Positions 40,057-48,667 of a stretch of DNA of 64,000 nt are shown in pieces (positions within the stretch are counted from its first letter, which is position 1; each line of letters starts with the position of its first letter). The notes under the pieces are model-generated. The model searched no databases. It saw only the letters and a program-made list of their open reading frames with translations, and was not told the DNA's origin. Position numbers and translations under genes: made by a program. The stretch is taken from contig JBPOHV010000001.1 in NCBI GenBank assembly GCA_052035175.1, positions 41,569 to 105,568 of the forward strand. Direction: 5' to 3'. The stretch comes from a candidate division WWE3 bacterium. Lineage in GTDB: Bacteria > Patescibacteriota > WWE3 > UBA101185 > UBA10185.

Positions 40057-40935
40057 TCATAAACTCTCTTTATGTATTTCATGCATTACTTCTTCTATAT
40101 ACTTTGGAAGATTTTCTAAATCTTCGTGTGTATAGTTATACCCCAAACAATTTAAACAAGAAAATACTAAACCCAAATCAGCATACAAACTTTCTGCATA
40201 CTTACAGCCTACAAGAGAATGTAATAATACATTTCCGCCAATTTCACCTTGTTTTGAATCTTCGCATCCCATTGGGCAATTGCTACAAGAAGGTTTGTTT
40301 GATGGGTTAATTGATATTTTGTCTACTTTAGACAATATCTCATTGTATAGGTCATTATACTTTTCAAAGTCTTTGACTTCAAAGGCTTCTGTACCGGTGA
40401 TTACAATTGAAGCTACATTTTTTTCGTTTAGCTTGCCTTTTAAGATATCTTGAGGAGTACAAAAATAATTATCTAATATACCAGCATTCAAAACACAGCG
40501 CTTGCCGGGCAATCCTAGCTTTTTAATGTCTATACTTTCGTCATGAAATTCTACATTACTGTTGACGATTTCTAAAGTTGTTGTTTGTTGTGCTTTATTG
40601 AGTAATACAATTGCGTCTGCACCAGTGAACCTTAATTTTGTTGATAATGAACCGCCAATGTATACATCTTCGATGTGAGGCGCATTTTCAAATACAATAG
40701 CTGTTTTTGAGATATATGGAAAAAATCCATTGAGCGGACCAATTGCAAAAATCAATGGTTGTTGGTCTTTGTACAGTTGCTGCAACTTTATTCCCAGACC
40801 GACGCCGCCTATATATTTATGTAGTCCAGTAATACTTTTTAGCTCGTGTGTATTGGTTTGGAGGTCTATTAATAATACTTTCCTAGAATCCGTTGTTAAT
40901 TGCATTTTCACTTTCTTCTTTAATTTCAAATACAC
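40057..40935 (-). CDS. Truncated AOR-family protein: AOR N-terminal domain plus a Cys-rich C-terminus
   Basis: KVLLIDLQTNTHELKSI...YIGGVGLGIKL...LIFAIGPLNGFFPYISKTAIVFENAPH...FTGADAIVLL matches the AFOR_N domain. The C-terminus carries CSNCPMGC...CLNC. The real start may be the Met at 40905. Confidence 0.55.
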   Translation of the reverse strand: MYLKLKKKVKMQLTTDSRKVLLIDLQTNTHELKSITGLHKYIGGVGLGIKLQQLYKDQQPLIFAIGPLNGFFPYISKTAIVFENAPHIEDVYIGGSLSTKLRFTGADAIVLLNKAQQTTTLEIVNSNVEFHDESIDIKKLGLPGKRCVLNAGILDNYFCTPQDILKGKLNEKNVASIVITGTEAFEVKDFEKYNDLYNEILSKVDKISINPSNKPSCSNCPMGCEDSKQGEIGGNVLLHSLVGCKYAESLYADLGLVFSCLNCLGYNYTHEDLENLPKYIEEVMHEIHKESL

Positions 40936-41143
40936 CTGTCGGACATATTCTTTTGATCTTATTTATGTCCAAATTGTTTATGCGTGGGTCCATATCAATC
41001 AAAAACTTAATTCCGCTGTCATCACGGAATACTCTTATTAGAGATTCTTCAATCCCTACTTTTTGTAACTGTCTTTGTGCTTCAAATATGCACAATTCGC
41101 ATCCAATGCATTTTTCCGGAAAAGAAATGTTAAGTATTTTCAT
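40883..41143 (-). CDS. Small 4Fe-4S ferredoxin-like protein
   Basis: CIGCELC...CP motif. 86 aa. Start overlaps the pgk stop by 4 nt. Confidence 0.55.
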   Translation of the reverse strand: MKILNISFPEKCIGCELCIFEAQRQLQKVGIEESLIRVFRDDSGIKFLIDMDPRINNLDINKIKRICPTGVFEIKEESENAINNGF

Positions 41144-42114
41144 TTGGTTTGTATTATCTCCAACCCAGGCAGTGTTTCATTTGCTAAAAACTGTAACATA
41201 GCGCTACCACCTGTTGAAATAAAGCTTATGCCTTCGGTTAATTCCAAATGATTTAATGCGGCTATAGTGTCTCCACCGCCAACTACAGTGTACACATGCA
41301 TTTCGGTTATTTGTTGTGCAATTGTTTTAGTTCCTTTTATATAATTTGGGTCTTCCCACATTCCTATTGGACCTGCCCAGATAATTGTTTTGGCACCACG
41401 TAAGCATTCTAGGTAGGCTTGAAGTGTATTTGATCCAATATCTCTATTATCGGTGTAATCGCGCGGTATTTCTAAATTTTCTGGTACTTCTTGTGTCCAT
41501 TCCAAACCTAGTCTTCCGGCTAAAAGTACTTTGTCTGCCTTTTTTAAAAGATTTGCAATTGTAGGACTTTTACTTTCTACTTTTGCCCCGCCTATTATCG
41601 CAATGAATGGACGTTCTGGATTGTTAAGCAACTTTTGTAAGACTTCGACTTCTGTGAGCAAGTTTAGCCCAGCATATGCCGGTAACAATTTTGGTAATTG
41701 CATAATTGATGCGTGTTCTCGATGAGAAGTGGCAAAGCTTTCATTTACGTATATATCTAACGAGTATTTTTGAATCAACTCTTCGGCAAATTCTGCTGAA
41801 TTTGCCTCTTCTCTTGGGTCAAATCTCAAGTTTTCTACAAGCTCATATTTATTTATTCCCAAATTTTCATCAAAATAACTTTGCAAGTGCTTGGTGCTTA
41901 ATTCGGGAACAGTTTGCCCTTTCGGTTTGCCTAAGTGCCCTGCAATAACGGGTTTTGCTTGTTTTTCAATTATGTACTTTAATGTTGGTAAAGCTCGATC
42001 CAATCTGAACGTGTCCAAGACAACGCCATCTTTCAATGGTACATCCAAATCTGTTCTTACAAATATGCGTGAGTCTTTTTTTATGTCTGCATCAACGATA
42101 GATTTAATATGCAT
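41140..42114 (-). CDS. pgk: Phosphoglycerate kinase (short form)
   Basis: FVRTDLDVP, GHLGKP, FATSHREHAS, GGAKV. Confidence 0.85.
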   Translation of the reverse strand: MHIKSIVDADIKKDSRIFVRTDLDVPLKDGVVLDTFRLDRALPTLKYIIEKQAKPVIAGHLGKPKGQTVPELSTKHLQSYFDENLGINKYELVENLRFDPREEANSAEFAEELIQKYSLDIYVNESFATSHREHASIMQLPKLLPAYAGLNLLTEVEVLQKLLNNPERPFIAIIGGAKVESKSPTIANLLKKADKVLLAGRLGLEWTQEVPENLEIPRDYTDNRDIGSNTLQAYLECLRGAKTIIWAGPIGMWEDPNYIKGTKTIAQQITEMHVYTVVGGGDTIAALNHLELTEGISFISTGGSAMLQFLANETLPGLEIIQTK

Positions 42115-42140
42115 CAGTGGCTATTTTACCAGAAAAAGGT

Positions 42141-42851
42141 TCAAATCACTTCTTTTACAAGGAAGCTAACCAAGGTATCTGCGACTAGTTGATTGGCATG
42201 TTTATTTGGATGAGAATCTATAGGAATCATTGGACAGTATTCACTTTTTAGAAAGCCACGCTCATCTGCTAATGTGTCAAAGAGATCAAATACATGTACG
42301 CTGCTAGATCTTTTCCATGTGGTTGCGAGCCAACTGGCAAATTCTTTTGCACGGTGCGCACATTCTGTAGTAGTTACTTCTTTTCTAAGCGGTGGGGGAG
42401 TAAATGGTATGAATATTTTGTCGTTAAGCTTTTCAAAGGCAATTGCCATTTGTTCATAATGGTTTTTATACCTTCTCAGTTTTTCATCACTTTCTATTTT
42501 TGTGGTTGGAAAACAATTCTTAAACGCTATAATGTCAAACCCTAGTATTTGGTCTAGTGTTGTGCTTGGTGTACAAAAAAGCTTTTCAAAGTCTTTGGGG
42601 TCATTATTACCAAGTTTAATATTGAAATCTTTAAAAAGCATCATGCCTTTATCATTGCTTAGTCCTGTGTGAAATGTAAGTTTATTTGCAATTATATTTA
42701 GTAATAAACGAGGAATATCTTTATATAAATTGTAACCATGATCCCAAAGTTCTATTTGAGTGGTTTGTTGATACAGCTTTTCTCGAAGATTTCCTTGATG
42801 TATTAAATTACCACCGGTTGAATGATGTATGAATAACAATCGTTTTTTCAT
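42141..42851 (-). CDS. SGNH/GDSL-like hydrolase (putative)
   Basis: FIHHSTGGN (block I-like), LGNNDP (block III), DSHPN (block V DxxH). Confidence 0.45.
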   Translation of the reverse strand: MKKRLLFIHHSTGGNLIHQGNLREKLYQQTTQIELWDHGYNLYKDIPRLLLNIIANKLTFHTGLSNDKGMMLFKDFNIKLGNNDPKDFEKLFCTPSTTLDQILGFDIIAFKNCFPTTKIESDEKLRRYKNHYEQMAIAFEKLNDKIFIPFTPPPLRKEVTTTECAHRAKEFASWLATTWKRSSSVHVFDLFDTLADERGFLKSEYCPMIPIDSHPNKHANQLVADTLVSFLVKEVI

Positions 42852-42858
42852 TGATTTC

Positions 42859-43686
42859 TCAAATCTCCATTTCTGCCCAAACTGGATAATGGTCAGATCC
42901 TATTAAATTATGATATACCCCTGATCGTATTATATGTAACCCCTTGTGTAGAATCCAATCAGTTCTTTGTTCTAGCGTGATACCTATATGAGGCAGTTTC
43001 TCTATAGCAGTGTGAAAAGGTATCGCTGGGTTAACAGCATTTCGAATATCAGATGTATGCGTATTTGTATTTCCTACTATGTTAAATGCAGTTCCTACGT
43101 CGTTGGCTATCTTATAAATCTCACCAGTAACCTTTTCATGTTGATATGGCAAAATTCCTATAGTGTTGAAATCGCCTAAAATTATAGTGTGTTTTATATC
43201 TGTGCGTAATTCTTTTTTTAATGCCATAAGTTGCTTATGCTTTTGTGCATATCCCCCAGCTAAATCCAAATGTACAACAGCTACCTGTAAAGTATCATTT
43301 TCTATTTTATGTTCACTCACAATCGCCCCATACAAAGGCATTTGCTTCATAAAATAGCCTTGTATTCTCCACGGGGATTTTTTTAACTGCGGTAATGTTA
43401 GTTTTGCTGTTTTTGTTGTCGTGCAATTTGTTATAGTGCAAATTCCTAGATTATTAACATCAGGTTCTTTATACATATTAAATGTGCAATGAAATCCTTT
43501 GAAGCAAGTTTCGATTTGTTCTACCAATTTACTTGTTTTAGTACTAAGCCTTACTTCTTGCAGAGTTATAAATGAATACCTATATGTTCTTGCAATTGCA
43601 GCAAGCTCCCTTAGTGAAGAGATTACATCAGGCTTAACTCCATATAAGATATTGTATGTACAAATAAAGATAGAATTTTTTAGCAC
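42859..43686 (-). CDS. Endonuclease/exonuclease/phosphatase (EEP) family protein
   Basis: ITLQEV, VVHLD, ILGDFNT, GSDHYPVWAEM. Confidence 0.65.
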   Translation of the reverse strand: MLKNSIFICTYNILYGVKPDVISSLRELAAIARTYRYSFITLQEVRLSTKTSKLVEQIETCFKGFHCTFNMYKEPDVNNLGICTITNCTTTKTAKLTLPQLKKSPWRIQGYFMKQMPLYGAIVSEHKIENDTLQVAVVHLDLAGGYAQKHKQLMALKKELRTDIKHTIILGDFNTIGILPYQHEKVTGEIYKIANDVGTAFNIVGNTNTHTSDIRNAVNPAIPFHTAIEKLPHIGITLEQRTDWILHKGLHIIRSGVYHNLIGSDHYPVWAEMEI

Positions 43687-44684
43687 ATGCTTAGCGCCAT
43701 TTCGACAAGACGATTGCTATAACCCCATTCGTTGTCGTACCAAGCCATGACTTTGACCAAGTCGCCGTCGACTACTTTTGTCAAAGATAAATCAACAATC
43801 GAAGAAAATGGACTTTTTACAATGTCGCTCGAAACCAATGGTTCAAAAGTGACATCAATCACATCTTTATAAAAAGGATTTTTCTTTGCTTCTAAAAATG
43901 CATTGTTTACTTCATCAACGGTTGTCTTTTTTTCAACCAGCATTGTGATATCACTGAGAGACCCGACCAAGATTGGTACACGTATTGCTAGGCCGTCAAA
44001 TTTATCTTTTAAATCGGGTATCACTTTTGTTACTGCTTTAGCCGCCCCAGTAGTTGTAGGTATCATGTTTGTAAGTGCTGATCGTGCTCTACGTAAATCT
44101 GGATGTAACCCTGGTGGAGCCCCGTCTACCAAATTTTGTTCTGCTGTTACAGCGTGAATTGTTGTCATCATTGATTTCAAGATTTTGAAGTTTTTATGCA
44201 TGATCGAAATAACAGGCGCCAAAGAGTTAGTAGTGCAAGATGCATTTGAAATTGCATTTTGTCCAATATATTGATCCGCATTTACGCCTTTGAGGAATGT
44301 AGGTATAGTTCCGTCAGTAGGCGCAGATACGACTACTTTTTTTGCTCCTGCTTGTACGTGTGCAAGTGATGCATCATCTTTTGTAAATCTTCCTGTGCAT
44401 TCAATTACTACATCAACGTTCAATTTTTGCCATGGAAGTAACGTGGGGTCCTTTTCTGCAGTTATCAATGTTTTTTTGTCATCAACAACCAAATAATTAT
44501 CTTCTACTGATATGTTTTTTTGAAAAATTCCATAAGCAGAATCGTATTTTAATAAATGAGCTAGTACTTTTGGTTCACCCAGATCATTTATACACACAAC
44601 TTCAACATCTGCTTTGTCTTGTAAAATTCTGAACGCGGCTCGGCCGATTCTTCCAAATCCATTTATTGCTATGCGGGCAGTCAT
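43680..44684 (-). CDS. gap: Glyceraldehyde-3-phosphate dehydrogenase
   Basis: INGFGRIGR, SNASCTTN, and a C-terminal WYDNEWGYS. Confidence 0.9.
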   Translation of the reverse strand: MTARIAINGFGRIGRAAFRILQDKADVEVVCINDLGEPKVLAHLLKYDSAYGIFQKNISVEDNYLVVDDKKTLITAEKDPTLLPWQKLNVDVVIECTGRFTKDDASLAHVQAGAKKVVVSAPTDGTIPTFLKGVNADQYIGQNAISNASCTTNSLAPVISIMHKNFKILKSMMTTIHAVTAEQNLVDGAPPGLHPDLRRARSALTNMIPTTTGAAKAVTKVIPDLKDKFDGLAIRVPILVGSLSDITMLVEKKTTVDEVNNAFLEAKKNPFYKDVIDVTFEPLVSSDIVKSPFSSIVDLSLTKVVDGDLVKVMAWYDNEWGYSNRLVEMALSMC

Positions 44685-44690
44685 ATTTAT

Positions 44691-44957
44691 TTATGCTAAA
44701 TGTGGTGTTAACCAAGAAAGAAACACTTGTTTTGGCATTGCACCCATTTTGCGATCTATTTCTTTTCCATCTTTCAAAATTACAAAAGTTGGAATACTCA
44801 TAATTCCATATTGAGATGAAAGCTGTTGATCGGCTTCGACATCTATAGTTTTAAATTCTACTTTACCTTGTAGTTCTTTTTCTAACTCTTTGAAAATAGG
44901 CTTCATGGCTTGGCAAGGCCCGCACCAATCTGCGTAAAAATCGATTAATGTAATCAT
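44691..44957 (-). CDS. trxA: Thioredoxin
   Basis: WCGPC active site. 88 aa. Confidence 0.8.
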   Translation of the reverse strand: MITLIDFYADWCGPCQAMKPIFKELEKELQGKVEFKTIDVEADQQLSSQYGIMSIPTFVILKDGKEIDRKMGAMPKQVFLSWLTPHLA

Positions 44958-44963
44958 GCAATT

Positions 44964-45959
44964 ATGATAACATACTTGATAAACCCTTCTATGAAGATAA
45001 TCTTCTCAATGAAATTTCTGTTGATAAAAGTCACATTTGCATTGTTAATAATAATTATTTTTTTGTTTTTGTTTTTCCAAGATAAGACTTTTGCGCTCGA
45101 TTTATTAAATCCGATAGTTATTGATACAAGTAATTACAAACTGACACGTCAATACTCGTTTGATCCAGAAACAAGTTGGAGACCGGGGATTCAATTTAAT
45201 ACTGCAAACCAACCTTTTGTTTTGGGAAGTTCAGCGTTAATTGTAGAAATGGGATCAGACAAAATACTTTTTGATAAAAATTCTCGAGAAAGACGTCCGA
45301 TCGCGAGCCTTACCAAAATAATGACTGCAATACTTGTCTTGGAGCATTCAGATCTGACAAAAAAAATTAAAATTTCTGCAGAAGCTGCGTCTATAGGAGA
45401 AAATGCTATGGGTATTAGCGCTGACGAAGTTTATTCTATAGAGGAGTTGCTCGATGGGTTATTGTTAAATTCTGGAAATGACGCAGCATATGCTTTGGCA
45501 GAAGGTGTCGCAGGGAGTAAACCTGAATTTGTAAAATGGATGAATATAAAAGCTCAAGAACTTGGTTTAGTTGACACTGTGTTTACAGATCCAAGTGGTC
45601 TTGATGACGGCAACATAAGCACTGCCCAAGATTTAGTCAAACTCACGCGATATGCATTAAATCATCAAAAGTTTAGAGATATTGTAAAGCTGAAAGAAAA
45701 GTATTTAGCATCAAATTCTCACAAAGATCTTTTTTTAGAAAATCAGACCAATTTATTGTCGACTTACCCCGGAGTATATGGTGTCAAAACAGGTTATACC
45801 GAAGCTGCAGGTTTGTGCTTGGTGACTTATGCATCAAACGATGGCCACGAATTAATAGGCGTTGTTTTATCTAGTACAGACCGTAAAGGCGATATGATCT
45901 TGATGCTCGACCACGCCTTTTCTAGCGTGGGAGTAGCCATAGAGCATAATTTACTGTAA
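44964..45959 (+). CDS. D-alanyl-D-alanine carboxypeptidase (S11, PBP5-type)
   Basis: SLTKIMT (SxxK), LNSGND (SxN), KTGYT (KTG). N-terminal TM/signal. Confidence 0.75.
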   Translation: MITYLINPSMKIIFSMKFLLIKVTFALLIIIIFLFLFFQDKTFALDLLNPIVIDTSNYKLTRQYSFDPETSWRPGIQFNTANQPFVLGSSALIVEMGSDKILFDKNSRERRPIASLTKIMTAILVLEHSDLTKKIKISAEAASIGENAMGISADEVYSIEELLDGLLLNSGNDAAYALAEGVAGSKPEFVKWMNIKAQELGLVDTVFTDPSGLDDGNISTAQDLVKLTRYALNHQKFRDIVKLKEKYLASNSHKDLFLENQTNLLSTYPGVYGVKTGYTEAAGLCLVTYASNDGHELIGVVLSSTDRKGDMILMLDHAFSSVGVAIEHNLL

Positions 45960-45984
45960 TCAGACCATATTCCGGCGCTGCTTA

Positions 45985-46060
45985 ATTAAGCGTTACTTAA
46001 TTTAAGCGTTACTTATCCGTTATTTTGGTGTCATCATAATACACCCTATAGCATTTATTA
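45985..46060 (+). promoter_or_regulatory. Promoter-like region P1 of the GC-rich island: three CGTTAC/CGTTA direct repeats plus TCATCA-N5-ACCCTATAGCAT
   Basis: The TCATCA...ACCCTATAGCAT motif recurs at 47776-47832. The CGTTAY direct repeats recur at 47776-47832 and 47071-47110. Confidence 0.45.
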
Positions 46061-46157
46061 TTTGTTTATCAATTGCAGACTCTAGTTTGCAGAAAACCAC
46101 TTATCCCAACAGCTGTGACCGCTTTGGTCGCCAAGGCTGTTGGAAAGGAGAAATGCA

Positions 46158-46724
46158 ATGTATCACCATATCCGCGACATCATGCTTTCAGAGAAGAAAT
46201 GGCGTTTCTACCGAGACGCCGGAATGGCATCAGCACTGGTTTTTGTTGTGCTAAGTGTTCTCTGGGCTATCTGGAGTATTGATGCGCAAGACTTGAATCT
46301 TGGTTGGTGGGCCATAGGAGCGTGTGCGCTAACCACACATCTGCTTGGGTCTTTCAATCGAGAATGGGCAAAACGATCGCAAGCATATGAGAAAAACATG
46401 CAAGTTTCGCGCGTGCTCGGTGCAACCGAGCTGCGAAAGCTTGTGGTTTCTGCTCATACAGCATTTTGTGATCGATTGGCTACAACGGAGAAGCAAAACC
46501 CAGTTTCTGAGGCAAATGCTTTATTAGACCTACTTGAGGTCTACATTTGTCTCACCCAAGATGTTTCTTGGGTTGAAAAACTGCAAATGCCAGGGTTGGT
46601 TACTCTCAAAGTGCTGAAAGCGCCTTTGAGTGGTACACCAACAACTGTTGTACTTTCTTGGAAGGTGTTTGCAGCTGGTCTCACCGACCACCCTGCTTAT
46701 ACTTTTCAACGGAGTCTGATATGA
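46158..46724 (+). CDS. Island membrane protein (2 TM plus a C-terminal soluble domain)
   Basis: SD GGAAAGGAG lies 7 nt upstream of the ATG at 46158. GC ~48%. Confidence 0.45.
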   Translation: MYHHIRDIMLSEKKWRFYRDAGMASALVFVVLSVLWAIWSIDAQDLNLGWWAIGACALTTHLLGSFNREWAKRSQAYEKNMQVSRVLGATELRKLVVSAHTAFCDRLATTEKQNPVSEANALLDLLEVYICLTQDVSWVEKLQMPGLVTLKVLKAPLSGTPTTVVLSWKVFAAGLTDHPAYTFQRSLI

Positions 46725-46972
46725 CGCTGAAAGAAAAAGTTCTTCGCCACATAAAGGCAAAGCTTAAACAACTTTGCCTGGGAATTGCAGCGCTAGTCTT
46801 AGCGCTCCTTTTCTGGGTGGTATTTTTCTTAATGCTTGCCTTAGTTATAGGGTCCGATATGGTAGCCATTGCGCTATTCATGTTGACCCTTGTAACTTTC
46901 GGAAGCTTTCCGCTGTTCGCGCTATTAGCGCTAGCAGATAAAATCTATGACGACCTGGAGAAATACTTTTAG
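46721..46972 (+). CDS. Island small membrane protein (2 TM)
   Basis: ATGA overlap with the upstream gene. 83 aa, hydrophobic. Confidence 0.4.
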   Translation: MTLKEKVLRHIKAKLKQLCLGIAALVLALLFWVVFFLMLALVIGSDMVAIALFMLTLVTFGSFPLFALLALADKIYDDLEKYF

Positions 46973-46984
46973 GTCATCTGAAAA

Positions 46985-47059
46985 ACTGTGAGAGAGATCT
47001 CATTGCCCGATTACAGTTTTCTTCGCCTCGGCGGGGATTTACTAAACGGGCAATTTTCA
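46985..47059 (+). repeat. Structured repeat copy R1 (~75 nt) 3' of a gene. Nested hairpins with a pseudoknot-like long-range pairing.
   Basis: ACTGT-[GAGA-GAGA-TCTC]-TTGCCCG-att-ACAGT-[CGCC-TCG-GCGG]-...-CGGGCAA. Homologous to 48588-48660 with compensatory changes. Confidence 0.55.
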
Positions 47060-47070
47060 TTTTTAAAAGT

Positions 47071-47110
47071 ACGTTATTTTTTCGTTATTAAATTAAAATT
47101 CCCAGTGTTA
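47071..47110 (+). promoter_or_regulatory. CGTTAT direct repeats upstream of the third island ORF
   Basis: aCGTTATtttttCGTTATtaaatt...GTTACaattt. Confidence 0.35.
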
Positions 47111-47116
47111 CAATTT

Positions 47117-47773
47117 ATGCATATGAATATAAATGCATTTCCCATACAAGACCCTGTTAACGAAGTCGTAGAAAGAGCTTCTAAAAATCGCTCTGATGTT
47201 TTAACTCTCATGCGAAACAACCCTAGTGCGTATTCTTTTAATCAAGAAGAGTTGCAATATTCTTTAAAAGAACGTATGGGTGGTTCATCCAATTATTCTG
47301 AACATTTAAAAACTCTTGCAGCAGATATGCATGGTTTATTTGAAAAAGAAGATATGCAGAAATATATGTTTGATGCAGTTTTAGACGCTTGGCGTGTGGC
47401 GCTTACTCAGTACCCGCATCTATCTTATCTTGATTTTTGGAAGCAGTTTATGAATGGTGATGGGCGAATTGCCTTATTAAATAAATTTTCAGCTGTTTCT
47501 GAATCTTATGAAAGCGGTAATACACCTTATCTTACAGATTCTAGTTTTTTGTTAGAGCATGACATGAAAGAGAGTCCACTTAGCCATATGAGCCATATGG
47601 GGCGTGTATTGGCAGATTTGTACAATCTTCCTAGCGATGTAGAACCTGGTAGTGTACCAAGTGTTCAAGTTTTGTTAAAAGATATGAAGGTACTTCCTTC
47701 TGATTACAATGCAAAGGCAAAGGAGTTAGGTTTAGTTGCTGGTTTTGGTAAAGCCCAAGTTATAGAGGCATAA
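47117..47773 (+). CDS. Hypothetical soluble protein (host-like GC)
   Basis: ORF beginning MHMNINAFP. No motif recognised. Confidence 0.4.
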   Translation: MHMNINAFPIQDPVNEVVERASKNRSDVLTLMRNNPSAYSFNQEELQYSLKERMGGSSNYSEHLKTLAADMHGLFEKEDMQKYMFDAVLDAWRVALTQYPHLSYLDFWKQFMNGDGRIALLNKFSAVSESYESGNTPYLTDSSFLLEHDMKESPLSHMSHMGRVLADLYNLPSDVEPGSVPSVQVLLKDMKVLPSDYNAKAKELGLVAGFGKAQVIEA

Positions 47774-47775
47774 AA

Positions 47776-47832
47776 CTTAAACGTTATCGTTTCGTTACTT
47801 TTATATCATCACAGCTTACCCTATAGCATATA
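47776..47832 (+). promoter_or_regulatory. Promoter-like region P2 (CGTTAT-CGTTT-CGTTAC repeats plus TCATCA-N6-ACCCTATAGCAT), upstream of the ATG at 47906
   Basis: Shares the motif architecture of 45985-46060. Followed by a CCCC...GGGG 5'-UTR hairpin and an AAGGAG SD. Confidence 0.45.
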
Positions 47833-47905
47833 TATTTATCCTATCAAAACAAACCAACTCCCCGAAAATAAGTAGGGGAAATAATGTTCATTAAAGGAGA
47901 AAAAA

Positions 47906-48253
47906 ATGAACGCCAATCCGTACATTGTTGCACTAAAGCAACTTTTGCAGGCCATTAAGCATCTGATTTCCGTGATGCTGACTTTACCAGGGCTGATGTT
48001 AACCGATAAGGTTGCTGAAGTCATCAATCTTCCTGATAGTCCAGTTACTCACGCAAAGATCCAAATCCTAACAGTCGCATTTAGCAGTGTTGTTTGGTTT
48101 TTGGGATACCGATTGATTGCGTATCTGGGTTTTCTGAAAGAAGATCCTTATCTGCGCGCAGTTGGTACAGTGGTTGGTTATGGGCTTATCGGTACCTTTG
48201 TCGTTTTAACAGTACTTCAATGGTTACAAACTGATGAAACGGTGGAGGAGTAA
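47906..48253 (+). CDS. Island small membrane protein (3 TM)
   Basis: AAAGGAG SD 7 nt upstream. 115 aa. Confidence 0.45.
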   Translation: MNANPYIVALKQLLQAIKHLISVMLTLPGLMLTDKVAEVINLPDSPVTHAKIQILTVAFSSVVWFLGYRLIAYLGFLKEDPYLRAVGTVVGYGLIGTFVVLTVLQWLQTDETVEE

Positions 48254-48256
48254 GCT

Positions 48257-48574
48257 ATGGCATCAATGACTTTTACTCAACAGCAATATGCAGGCGCAAA
48301 AGGGTTTTTGAATCCCACTGCATTCCATAATCTCATGCAGGCTGACGATTCCATGAAGTTGCGCATGCTTAAGCAAATGCTTGATACGCAACTTGCCTAT
48401 GATCTTGTTAGTGTTAGTGACAAGCCGTTGGAGCTCATCGCAACTGAGCAAAATGCGTTTGTCATTTTCAGCATGAGCGCTGATTCCGCAGCCCAATTTT
48501 TTTCATATGCCACTATCAAATTGGTTGGGCAGGATGAAAAGATTGAGGCTTTGCAGAAGAAGCTTACGCGGTAA
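48257..48574 (+). CDS. Island small soluble protein
   Basis: 105 aa. Immediately downstream of the 3-TM protein gene. GC ~45%. Confidence 0.4.
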   Translation: MASMTFTQQQYAGAKGFLNPTAFHNLMQADDSMKLRMLKQMLDTQLAYDLVSVSDKPLELIATEQNAFVIFSMSADSAAQFFSYATIKLVGQDEKIEALQKKLTR

Positions 48575-48587
48575 CAATTTCGATATA

Positions 48588-48660
48588 ACTGTGAGAGAAC
48601 TCTCACTGCCTGACACATACAGTTTCCCCGCTCAGCGGGATTACGAAACAGGCAAATTCA
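48588..48660 (+). repeat. Structured repeat copy R2 (homologous to 46985-47059)
   Basis: ACTGT-[GAGA-GAAC-TCTC]-CTGCCTG-...-ACAGT-[CCCGC-TCA-GCGGG]-...-CAGGCAA. Compensatory changes versus R1: TTGCCCG/CGGGCAA becomes TGCCTG/CAGGCA, and CGCC/GGCG becomes CCCGC/GCGGG. Confidence 0.55.
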
Positions 48661-48667
48661 AATTCAA

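Noticed and set aside
44950-44970. Replication origin at the minus-to-plus strand switch between trxA and the carboxypeptidase gene
   Set aside because: Only 6 bp of intergenic DNA. No DnaA boxes or AT-rich spacer.
46073-46282. Track ORFs 46073..46282 (+), 46208..46399 (-) and 46345..46527 (+) in the island
   Set aside because: They overlap the better-supported 46158..46724 CDS, which has a strong SD. GC-rich DNA generates spurious long ORFs in all frames.
46985-47059. Hammerhead ribozyme or integron attC interpretation of the repeated 75-nt element
   Set aside because: No CUGAUGA/GAAA hammerhead core. No RYYYAAC...GTTRRRY core sites. Left as an unclassified structured repeat.
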